The notes below the pieces were generated by a model. That model ran no database searches. It saw nothing but the letters and a program-made list of their open reading frames with translations, and was not told where the DNA came from. A DNA stretch of 64,000 nt from a virus. Its lineage: Duplodnaviria; Caudoviricetes. The stretch is from the IMG/VR virus record IMGVR_UViG_3300027754_000035. One strand, given 5' to 3'. Made by a program: the position numbers and the translations under genes. Positions 1-8,342 of the stretch are shown in pieces (position 1 is the first letter of the stretch; each line of letters starts with the position of its first letter).

Positions 1-1878
1 GACAATTATGCAAATCCAGCCAGTGGGGATTTGCTGATTGTGCAAGACATGGCACGTAATAAAACCAAGAACATTACATTCTCTCAGGTATCAGAAACTT
101 TAGTAGGGTTGTTGCAAGGTGTCCCCGTAAATTTCACAGACACCGATAATAAATTTACTGGCTCATTCAAAGGTGGATTTGCCAAGTTTGATTCTTATTT
201 GACTGCATTGGAAACCGAACCCGGGTTGTTATTTTCTGTAAAAGGTACTGCCTTTTCTGCAACGGGTTTTCAAACAATCACGTTGGGTGGTACATCAACC
301 ATTACTCTGAATTCACCAACCGTTGTGGTTGGGCAGATTTTGAATGTTGGTGGTTTATTAACTGCATCCGGCGGAGTCGCTGGTAATCTCACTGGTAATG
401 TATCGGGTAACTTAACTGGCAATGTCGTGGGCAATGTCGTGGGTAATGTCACCGGTGATGTAAAAGGTGACATTTATGATAATGGTGGCACTCAAAAAAT
501 ACTAGACAATCGCACCAACAGAACAGCACTATTCAGAGGTAGCAGTAGTTATGCGAGTCGATCACTATCTTCAAGTCATGCGCGTGTTGCTGACTTGACC
601 TATACTTGTGTAAGTCATACAACCACTGCGGACTTTGCAACATTGGCACGTAGTGCTAGTTATGCCAGCCAATCAAGATCGTCTTCATATTTGCGATACA
701 CAGGAATTCCGAATGGTAGTTCAAGCTATGCATTGAGATCCGGTCTTGCTGATGTTGCGACATTCGCGTTGAGTATTGGTAATGCCAAAACAGCTTCTTT
801 CTTGGCGTGGGTTCCAGGTCAAGTTAACGGTACAGCAAGTTATGCTAGATCCGCAAGTGTATCACGCAGTTCCAGTTATGCGCTGTCATCAAGCTATTCA
901 TACAGTGGAAGCTATGCCACCAGCGCAAGTTATTTACCGATCACAACCATAAGTAAATTGTTAAACCAAACCCAGGGAGCTATCAATGTAAGATATCCGT
1001 TGGGAAATATTACGTATGGTAACTATCATTATTTTGTAAACTATGGTCGGGATAATGTTGGTCACTTGTTGAGACACAATATATTGACGAATCAAGTCGA
1101 GATGATTGCATCGGGAGCAAGTAGCGGTCTTATTATTGGTGGTCATATTTCTATACATAACTTCGATTATGGTGCTGGAGCACTGGATCACTTGGTTATG
1201 ACCCAAAATGGGTGGATCTATGTTTTGAAAGAACCGGGGTCTGCAACTCCAGTGATGTTGCCACCAATCAATGTCAGTGGCGACTTTCACCAACATCGAT
1301 GTTTATATGTGAATACTGTTCCAACAACATACGATACGTCGGCCAGTGTCCTACATCCGACTTTTTATGTGGGTGTCAGCAGCAATGCTTCTGATTGTAC
1401 AAACATGTATCTCTACAAGATATATTGGACGGGTGCGGCATATACTTATGTGCTAGTCCCCAATAACTGGAGCATGTTTACTACTACAATTGCAAATTCA
1501 ACTACATTTAGAAATATTGTGGGAACAACTCCGTTTAATCTATTGACCCAGATTTACAACCCGATTAAGAAGCGATTGTATTATTCCGAAAATTCTGTAG
1601 GATTGCTTCATATTTTTAATATTTCGGGTTTTGTTGGTGGTGCAAATTTGGGAGAATGGTGGAATCAAGTCAATGCTACTAAACTGCCACAATTGACATA
1701 TGAAAAAACAATTGCAATTTCTATTCCTGGTAGTAATTTTTGGACAAATGCTGAATGGGAGAGTTTTTCTCTGGAATATAATACAACTACAGGCGACGAA
1801 AAATTCTTATGTTGGAACCGAATTGGATACGACAACGGTACAGGCACAGTTGGTCGAGTTGCTTGGATAGAATCATAA
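1..1878 (+). CDS. Tail fibre / receptor-binding protein, 5'-truncated by the window edge
   Basis: Frame 1 is open from base 1 (DNYANPASGDLLIVQD...), so the track start at 31 is not the true start. It has G(N/D)(L/V/I)x repeats, S-S-Y-A-type repeats and an aromatic beta-rich C-terminal head. The N-terminal segment resembles that of the next fibre gene (GDLLIVQD..KTKNITF vs DSFLVIQND..TSRKATF; both followed by FTGSFKG). Confidence 0.7.
   Translation, partial: DNYANPASGDLLIVQDMARNKTKNITFSQVSETLVGLLQGVPVNFTDTDNKFTGSFKGGFAKFDSYLTALETEPGLLFSVKGTAFSATGFQTITLGGTSTITLNSPTVVVGQILNVGGLLTASGGVAGNLTGNVSGNLTGNVVGNVVGNVTGDVKGDIYDNGGTQKILDNRTNRTALFRGSSSYASRSLSSSHARVADLTYTCVSHTTTADFATLARSASYASQSRSSSYLRYTGIPNGSSSYALRSGLADVATFALSIGNAKTASFLAWVPGQVNGTASYARSASVSRSSSYALSSSYSYSGSYATSASYLPITTISKLLNQTQGAINVRYPLGNITYGNYHYFVNYGRDNVGHLLRHNILTNQVEMIASGASSGLIIGGHISIHNFDYGAGALDHLVMTQNGWIYVLKEPGSATPVMLPPINVSGDFHQHRCLYVNTVPTTYDTSASVLHPTFYVGVSSNASDCTNMYLYKIYWTGAAYTYVLVPNNWSMFTTTIANSTTFRNIVGTTPFNLLTQIYNPIKKRLYYSENSVGLLHIFNISGFVGGANLGEWWNQVNATKLPQLTYEKTIAISIPGSNFWTNAEWESFSLEYNTTTGDEKFLCWNRIGYDNGTGTVGRVAWIES
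382..477 (+). repeat. Eight G-N/D-L/V/I-x tetrapeptide repeats (GNLT GNVS GNLT GNVV GNVV GNVT GDVK GDIY)
   Basis: Read directly from the translation; typical of trimeric fibre shafts. Confidence 0.8.
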
Positions 1879-1909
1879 ACACACAACCAATTTCCACAAA
1901 TTATAACAT

Positions 1910-3166
1910 ATGGCAAGCCCTTGTAATAGTCTCAATGTTCAAACCGTCAAAGTGAGTCAGCTTAGTAGTATCAGTCGTACTATTAAACCGAGTGACAGCT
2001 TTTTGGTGATTCAGAATGATGCTACCAAAACGTCCCGCAAAGCAACATTTGCAAATCTATTGACATTTTTGTCAACTGTGCCGACGGGATCATATTCTGG
2101 TAGTTTCAGCGGCAGTGCCCGTGGTCATTTTACTGGTAGTTTTACTGGTAGTTTCAAAGGCTATATGAGTGCGTCGAATGCATTCCACAACAAAGTTGCA
2201 TTTCATGGATCAGCAAGTTGGGCAGCAAATGCAAATCACGCATTGACGGCCGACACTGTAATTGGTTCAACAACAGGAACGGGAACTGTAAATCAGTTTA
2301 CATATTGGACGGGACTAAATACATTGGGTTCTACTCCGTATTTGACCATCGATTCCACAAAAAATAACATCAGTCAGACAAATCTGCCGGGTCGTATAAT
2401 GGTTAATCGACCATTTGATTTTGGAAGTAGCGCAGCCAGTGAGATGCCGCAAATCATTCAATACTCACAATCATACGAATTGTATGAAGTTGGTCTACAG
2501 GCAGCCAACAACTACATTCGCACTGGTAAAAACTTTGCAATCTTTTACTCTGGTTCTTATAGCGTTGGTGCCACTGATGGTGGTAAAGAAGCAATTTGGA
2601 GTCCAGATAAATCCGTAAATGTTGGAAAAAGTGGTTGGACAGTTGTGGGTGTGAGACAACGTTTGTTTGGTATTGGTCATTTTCCAAAATCGAGTCAAGT
2701 GAATGCGCAGTGTCATGTGCATTTGAGTAGTTCATTTGGTTGGCCAGGAGGTTATGATCCAAACGCCAATGTTTGGTTAGTTACATCTGGTAGTAGTTTC
2801 ACTAAGTTGGCGAGACTGAGTGGAGCCGGGCAATTGGACGTTAAGGGTGATATCGTTGCATATTCAACGTTTGCATCATCCGACGCACGTCTTAAAAATG
2901 ATATTCAACCAATCGAAGATGGTTATGATAAATTGAGTAATTTGAACCCAGTTTCGTTTACTTGGGAGTCAAATGAGCGTCCAGATTTTGGTTTGATCGC
3001 ACAGGAAGTTGAAGAACTGTATCCAGAGTTTGTCAAAGAAGACATGAATGGATACAAAGCGGTCAAATACAATTCTTTCATACCATTGTTGATCAAAACT
3101 GTACAAGAACAACAAGAACAAATTTTTGATTTATTGAAACGTATTGAATCATTGGAATCTGAATAA
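1910..3166 (+). CDS. Tail fibre with C-terminal intramolecular chaperone (Peptidase_S74) domain
   Basis: SSDARLKNDIQPI...LNPVSFTW...FGLIAQEVEELYPEFV...VKYNSFIPLLIKTVQE plus a terminal coiled coil is the S74 signature; autocleavage is expected at the S-D-x-R-L-K motif. Confidence 0.9.
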   Translation: MASPCNSLNVQTVKVSQLSSISRTIKPSDSFLVIQNDATKTSRKATFANLLTFLSTVPTGSYSGSFSGSARGHFTGSFTGSFKGYMSASNAFHNKVAFHGSASWAANANHALTADTVIGSTTGTGTVNQFTYWTGLNTLGSTPYLTIDSTKNNISQTNLPGRIMVNRPFDFGSSAASEMPQIIQYSQSYELYEVGLQAANNYIRTGKNFAIFYSGSYSVGATDGGKEAIWSPDKSVNVGKSGWTVVGVRQRLFGIGHFPKSSQVNAQCHVHLSSSFGWPGGYDPNANVWLVTSGSSFTKLARLSGAGQLDVKGDIVAYSTFASSDARLKNDIQPIEDGYDKLSNLNPVSFTWESNERPDFGLIAQEVEELYPEFVKEDMNGYKAVKYNSFIPLLIKTVQEQQEQIFDLLKRIESLESE

Positions 3167-3169
3167 GGT

Positions 3170-5062
3170 ATGTCCAACGTTAATCGACTCAATAGAAGTG
3201 GACCATTGTCATTTTCAGAATTGACATTGGGATCTCCATATAGTTCCATCAGTGATTTATTGAGCAATATAGAAAGTGTACCCACACAAAACGTATCTGT
3301 CTCAGCGTCGTTGTCGTTGCTGCGATCATGGACCGGTGATCCAACGGATAACACCAAAACATTATATGGTGTTGGCACTGGTCTTGTTAGTTACGATAGT
3401 GTTGTGGATGCCAAGCTGAGTGAATTCTACGGTGCAAATTATTTGAGCGCATCTATCAAACCAAATGGTAGTGGGCGTTGGGACGTTAAAATCTGGCCAG
3501 ATAGTGTAGTATACAATTCCAATTATTTAACACAAGAAACGTCGAGTCGAGTGTATCGGTACAGTGTGTATTCAAAACCACTCACAGGAACATCGTTTGT
3601 AAAACAGTCTGCGTATGTAAAATCAAATGTGGCGGAACAGTCTGTTGTGAATTTAACATCGGACCGAATCTATAAAGTTGTATTGAAGGATGTTGTTTCA
3701 AACGCTTTCACCTCTAGTTTTTTCACGGGTTCGTGTGGAGTTCCAGCGGGTAGTGTTGGTAGTAATGTGTATTTAGATTCTGGAACTACAACGACTATCG
3801 CTGCCGCCAGAGATGCGATTATTGCTGGAATTTCTAAATCTGGTTTGGATTCAAATCGCCAATCCGATGTTATTCAAATCGCAAAAATTTTGGCAAATTT
3901 TGTTGACCAACCGAATACATTATCACTCACTGGATATGTTCGCAATGCAACATCAACAACTAGTTGGCCGGCCGGTGGCACCCGCAGCTTTGATTTTGAG
4001 GGATTTATTAGTAGAATAGTGCAAGGTGGAAATTACTATGCTGGGCTAGTAACTTGTAGTGGTGGAAATTCTTTTGTTGGAAACCCTGCGACAACTTATC
4101 AATACGGTATAGATCAAGTGTATACGACATCTGGTCAATCTAGTATGGTCATATTTGCGTTGGCACCAGTGTCTTCGATTTCTGGCTGTTCGGCTTTACC
4201 AACCGACGCAATTTCAAACATAGTTGTGACCCAAAATTGTTTTTCACCAGCACAAACAATTAATCCATTAGTTACTACAGCAGATGTCAATTTTACTGGT
4301 AGTGCAATATTTGTGAATCCAAGCACCAATGCACATTCAGCAACATATACACTAAATGCTGATTGGATCAATACCGTAAATAATAAATCTTTGTACGATG
4401 GCAATCAACAGTTGTTACCAGCATTTTCACCAAGTACGTTTACTTTATCTGTGGGTCAAAGTAAAAAAGTGACCTATGCGTTTGGTAAAAATTATTGGCA
4501 CAATGCCATTCAAAGTTCAAGCTTTTCAACGAGAGGATCTTTCACCGCAGTATTTAGTGGTGGAGCCACACTGGTTGGGTATATAACATCCACAATGGAT
4601 AAAAATGTTTGTATGGGTAGTGGTGGTCAAGGTGGTGGCGGAGGATGTCCTGCTGCGTGGCAATTGATGGAAACAAAAGAAAGAGGGTTTATTCCAGCAA
4701 GAGAAATTGTTGTGGGTATGCACTTGCGTGATCCACAAATTGGTGTTTGGAATAGAGTAAATGTGGCATATGTTAGTCGTGCTCCAATTTACAGAACCAT
4801 TATTGATGGTGTTGCGTTTGATGTTGATAATAGCCATAAATGGCCTGTTGGTAACGACACTTGGAAGCAAGTGGTTGACATCAAACCGGGTGATACTCTT
4901 GAAGGTGTTAATAACAAGACGTTATTTGTCAACGATAATTATTTATTGCTTAAGGATGCTGAGTACATGCATTTGAATTGTGATAATCACAGATTTGTTA
5001 TGGGATCGGATGTTATTGGTCATAATGGAAGCGCATCTTGGTTGGTGACCAAAAAATTCTGA
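3170..5062 (+). CDS. Putative tail adhesin with C-terminal Hint (intein-like) domain
   Basis: N-terminus SGPLSFSEL resembles small adhesins found after S74 fibres. Gly linker GSGGQGGGGG, then Cys493 (4646), a block-B-like His (DNSHKW), DIKPGDTL, and terminal His-Asn at 5021-5026. Confidence 0.75.
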   Translation: MSNVNRLNRSGPLSFSELTLGSPYSSISDLLSNIESVPTQNVSVSASLSLLRSWTGDPTDNTKTLYGVGTGLVSYDSVVDAKLSEFYGANYLSASIKPNGSGRWDVKIWPDSVVYNSNYLTQETSSRVYRYSVYSKPLTGTSFVKQSAYVKSNVAEQSVVNLTSDRIYKVVLKDVVSNAFTSSFFTGSCGVPAGSVGSNVYLDSGTTTTIAAARDAIIAGISKSGLDSNRQSDVIQIAKILANFVDQPNTLSLTGYVRNATSTTSWPAGGTRSFDFEGFISRIVQGGNYYAGLVTCSGGNSFVGNPATTYQYGIDQVYTTSGQSSMVIFALAPVSSISGCSALPTDAISNIVVTQNCFSPAQTINPLVTTADVNFTGSAIFVNPSTNAHSATYTLNADWINTVNNKSLYDGNQQLLPAFSPSTFTLSVGQSKKVTYAFGKNYWHNAIQSSSFSTRGSFTAVFSGGATLVGYITSTMDKNVCMGSGGQGGGGGCPAAWQLMETKERGFIPAREIVVGMHLRDPQIGVWNRVNVAYVSRAPIYRTIIDGVAFDVDNSHKWPVGNDTWKQVVDIKPGDTLEGVNNKTLFVNDNYLLLKDAEYMHLNCDNHRFVMGSDVIGHNGSASWLVTKKF

Positions 5063-5095
5063 GTTATTTTGTCCAAGAAGAAGCGTTCTTGTTGA

Positions 5096-5103
5096 TATTT
5101 ATA
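5096..5103 (+). promoter_or_regulatory. TATTTATA motif (putative late promoter)
   Basis: Starts 11 nt before ATG 5107; the same motif recurs before many genes. Confidence 0.55.
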
Positions 5104-5106
5104 TTT

Positions 5107-6216
5107 ATGATTAAATTCAAACATCTAGTGATTTTCACATCCATGCTGATTGCGGGCTGTGCTGCATTTTTTAGTGTATACGGTATTGGTCTTTTGTTTT
5201 CTGGAGCTATTGTTGCCGCAATGATAATGGCCAGTGCATTGGAACTTGGCAAGCTAGTAACAACATCGTGGTTATTTCGCTATTGGAACATTGCCAATAG
5301 ATTGATGAAAGTTTACATGGTAACTGCGGTTATTGTGTTGATGTGCATTACATCTCTGGGTATTTTTGGATATTTAACCGCAGCATTTCAAAAGAGTTCG
5401 TTGGAAACTGAATTGAGCATGACCAAGATTGTTGCCTTGGAAACTCAAAAGACACAAGAGTTTAAGAAAGTTGACAATGTTAGAATTACTATTGACAAAC
5501 TATTGAGTTTGCGTAGTTCACAAGAATCTAGATTGAGTCAAACCCTTACCAACGCAATCATCGCTCGCAATCCGATTCAGATGCAAAATATTCAGAATCA
5601 GATCAATGATCAAATTTCTGATCTAAATAAACAGATCGATGCGGAAAATACCAAGTTGAAGGATGCTGGTGATAAGTCTACCAAGATAGACGATGAAATT
5701 TTCAAACTCAAAATTGACAACAGTCAAAAGAAAGATATTACCACATTCAAATTTGTTGCGGATGAGTTTAATACCGATATTCGCCACGTTGTTAAGTGGT
5801 TTATTGTTGTGTTGATCACGGTTTTTGATCCATTGGCTGTGGTGTTGTTGTTGGCATACAATATGAGTTCCAATACACGCCAAAATAGCGAGCAAGATTT
5901 TCAAATGTATGGTGAAGAAAAAGTAGCTGCACCAGCACCAGTTGAACCAGCACCAGTTGAACATGAAAATATCAGAGAGGTTGAGAAAATCGTTGAAGTT
6001 GAAAAGCCAGTAGACAGAGTTGTTGATCGTGTTGTTGAAGTGGAAAAGCCTGTGGATCGTGTTGTTGATCGTGTTGTTGATCGTGTTGTTGAAGTGGAAA
6101 AGCCTGTGGATAGAATTGTTGATAGGATCGTTGAAGTGGACAGACCCATAGTAGAAACCATCGTAAAAAAAATTAAAAACAAAACTCAAGGCGGCCGGGG
6201 ATTGTTTAGTTTCTAA
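5107..6216 (+). CDS. Multi-pass membrane protein with coiled coil and VEK/VDR repeats
   Basis: About four N-terminal hydrophobic segments, a long coiled coil, a further TM segment (WFIVVLITVFDPLAVVLLLAY), then repeats. Start moved from 5038 to 5107 to avoid overlap and match the upstream motif. Confidence 0.7.
   Translation: MIKFKHLVIFTSMLIAGCAAFFSVYGIGLLFSGAIVAAMIMASALELGKLVTTSWLFRYWNIANRLMKVYMVTAVIVLMCITSLGIFGYLTAAFQKSSLETELSMTKIVALETQKTQEFKKVDNVRITIDKLLSLRSSQESRLSQTLTNAIIARNPIQMQNIQNQINDQISDLNKQIDAENTKLKDAGDKSTKIDDEIFKLKIDNSQKKDITTFKFVADEFNTDIRHVVKWFIVVLITVFDPLAVVLLLAYNMSSNTRQNSEQDFQMYGEEKVAAPAPVEPAPVEHENIREVEKIVEVEKPVDRVVDRVVEVEKPVDRVVDRVVDRVVEVEKPVDRIVDRIVEVDRPIVETIVKKIKNKTQGGRGLFSF
5980..6156 (+). 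repeat. VEK(I/P)V / VDRV charged-valine repeats
   Basis: VEKIVEVEKPVDRVVDRVVEVEKPVDRVVDRVVDRVVEVEKPVDRIVDRIVEVDRPIVE; DNA unit gttgttgatcgt recurs. Confidence 0.85.
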
Positions 6217-6275
6217 AATAAAAATTCGTTTCTCACAGCGGGAACTATATATTACTATGTTAGAAAGTCCCACAC

Positions 6276-6410
6276 ATGAATAACGAAGAACTTTTAGAAT
6301 TGCGGCGAATTTTGCTAGAAGCAAACGAAAATAACGATTGGTTCGCTATACACGATGCTGTTGAATTCATAGACGAATTCATCGAGTGGGGTGACCAAGA
6401 AGAAGTATAA
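6276..6410 (+). CDS. Small acidic hypothetical protein (44 aa, below the track cut-off)
   Basis: MNNEELLELRRILLEANENNDWFAIHDAVEFIDEFIEWGDQEEV; fills the gap between 6216 and 6422. Confidence 0.55.
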   Translation: MNNEELLELRRILLEANENNDWFAIHDAVEFIDEFIEWGDQEEV

Positions 6411-6421
6411 TATCAAAATAT

Positions 6422-6916
6422 ATGATTACATCAATTCCTCAAAATGCGCTTATTGCGCTAGTTATAACAACCGTGCTGTTTCTAGGGAGCAGCATTTTTC
6501 TTTATATAACCCTAAGAAAATCTGAGTCACAGCTTGTTGAAAATCAGAAGAAGTTGGCTGATTACGAATTAGCATTCAAGGCTCAAAAAGATCTTTCGCA
6601 AATTATGACAACTGGAGTTGCAACATTTTTGCAAATTTCCGTGAATGAATCTTTGAAGCGGGTGGAAGATTTGGAGATTCAACTCAAAGAATTTGATACT
6701 ACAAATTCCGAATTGACTCAGTGGGTTACCGATTTTCAAAAACTTACAGGAAATGTGTATAAACAGTTGAAATCTATCGATGAGCGTGGTATGTTTGAAA
6801 AAGATGATGACGTTGGCTTCCTTTTCCAGGATATGTTGGGGATCATCACCGAATATAACAGAAGGGTTAATTTTAATGATAATAATACCGCCGATGAAAA
6901 ACAAACGCAAAAGTAA
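6422..6916 (+). CDS. Membrane-anchored coiled-coil protein
   Basis: One N-terminal TM segment (ALIALVITTVLFLGSSIFLYI), then heptad-rich sequence. Confidence 0.7.
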   Translation: MITSIPQNALIALVITTVLFLGSSIFLYITLRKSESQLVENQKKLADYELAFKAQKDLSQIMTTGVATFLQISVNESLKRVEDLEIQLKEFDTTNSELTQWVTDFQKLTGNVYKQLKSIDERGMFEKDDDVGFLFQDMLGIITEYNRRVNFNDNNTADEKQTQK

Positions 6917-7919
6917 GGTATCTTCCGCTAAAGTGAAGACCGCAAAACTTTTGTCAAAAACCAAAAAAGACAAAAAGCAGAAGACTACTGTAGTTTACAA
7001 AGTAACTGATACTAAGAAAATCAAGAATGTAAAAAAGATTAAAAACGCTAAACCGGTAGATACCAACGTCGAAGTCGTCGCAACCGAGGTGATTGACTTA
7101 CCTATTCAGACGATTGTTAAAAGCATAGAAGTTCGTAGAGATGTTGATGTTGAACCGCTGGTAAATACTGATAGTGGTGATGATGACACAGCCGATACTC
7201 TAAACGAGGATGGTACTAGGAAAGTGCGTCGTCGTGGTAGAAATAAGAAAAACAAGATCTACTTTAGCAAAGCTACTGAAGATGCCATTATTGAATTCAA
7301 CGCTGAAGAAGATATGGATAAGCGTAACCTTATCTATAATGAGCGAATTAAGTTTAGTTTTGAAAAGCTGGTCGAAAACATTTATAACACATTCAAATTC
7401 ACGTATTTTGACACCGGCCCAATTGAAGTTCAACGTGAAACAGTTTCACATCTGGTAACAAACATACACAAGTTTCAAGCGGGTAAAGGCAAAGCATTTA
7501 GCTATTTTAGCATTGTTGCAAAGAACTATTTGATCTTCCACAACAACAATAACTACAAACGATTCAATCAACATGTGGACATCAGTGAAACACCAAGTGA
7601 AGACTCAGTTTGTTTGCAAACTGAAGACAAGCATCATTATGATGTGCAGACCAAGGAATTCATGAAACTGCTGATTGACTATTGGGAAAAAAACGTTACC
7701 AAGATCTTTAGTAAAACGAAGGATTTGAATATTGCGTATGCTGTTATTGAGTTGTTCCGTAACTGCGAACGCATCGAGAACTTTAACAAAAAGACACTGT
7801 ATCTGTTGATTCGGGAAATCAGCAATTGTAAGACGCAACAGATTACCAAGGTTTTGAATAGGATGAAGGGTTATCAATCCCAAATATCACAGAACTATAC
7901 TGATCAGGGTGTAATTTAA
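6894..7919 (+). CDS. Phage sigma factor, gp55-like (putative late sigma) with Lys-rich N-terminal extension
   Basis: YFSKATEDAI...FEKLVENI...HKFQAGKGKAFSYFSIVAKNYLI matches sigma region 2 as in T4 gp55-type proteins (compare NPFAY..Q..NAF). Start uncertain (6876 or 6894). Confidence 0.65.
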   Translation: MKNKRKSKVSSAKVKTAKLLSKTKKDKKQKTTVVYKVTDTKKIKNVKKIKNAKPVDTNVEVVATEVIDLPIQTIVKSIEVRRDVDVEPLVNTDSGDDDTADTLNEDGTRKVRRRGRNKKNKIYFSKATEDAIIEFNAEEDMDKRNLIYNERIKFSFEKLVENIYNTFKFTYFDTGPIEVQRETVSHLVTNIHKFQAGKGKAFSYFSIVAKNYLIFHNNNNYKRFNQHVDISETPSEDSVCLQTEDKHHYDVQTKEFMKLLIDYWEKNVTKIFSKTKDLNIAYAVIELFRNCERIENFNKKTLYLLIREISNCKTQQITKVLNRMKGYQSQISQNYTDQGVI

Positions 7920-7947
7920 CCATTGCCACAATTTTAAGTATAAAAAC

Positions 7948-7976
7948 AAAACCAATCGACAAAACGATTGGTTTTT
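7948..7976 (+). terminator. Intrinsic terminator after the sigma gene
   Basis: AAAACCAATCG-ACAAAA-CGATTGGTTTTT hairpin with a U-tract. Confidence 0.8.
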
Positions 7977-7977
7977 C

Positions 7978-7984
7978 TATTTAT
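7978..7984 (+). promoter_or_regulatory. TATTTAT motif (putative late promoter)
   Basis: Immediately after the terminator and 12 nt before ATG 7990. Confidence 0.55.
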
Positions 7985-7989
7985 TGAGT

Positions 7990-8340
7990 ATGGATACAAA
8001 CTTTGAAATTTACAAAGGCAAGAACTTTTCGGGTCTTTGCAAAGATATTGTTAAAAACTCTGAGAGCAAGAAGGATCAAATTGATATTCTTATCTCTGAG
8101 TTACGTTCTTTGATCAAAACTGTGAATGATGCCATTATTATTGTGCCTCTCATTAAAGACTATTACGACGTGGGTGTGAAGAATGACGAGCAACTGGTGA
8201 AGCTGGCATCTATCGTTCAAAAATTAGTAGCAAAGGGTGAAGCTAGTGGTGAAGGTAATGGTATGATTTTAAGCGAAGACGAACGTAGACAGTTGATGGA
8301 AGACGTTGTGTCTATCGCAGGTGTATCCAAAACTAAATAA
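7990..8340 (+). CDS. Hypothetical helical protein, first gene of the baseplate operon
   Basis: Clean ORF MDTNFEIYKGK...; no motif recognised. Confidence 0.75.
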   Translation: MDTNFEIYKGKNFSGLCKDIVKNSESKKDQIDILISELRSLIKTVNDAIIIVPLIKDYYDVGVKNDEQLVKLASIVQKLVAKGEASGEGNGMILSEDERRQLMEDVVSIAGVSKTK

Positions 8341-8342
8341 TC

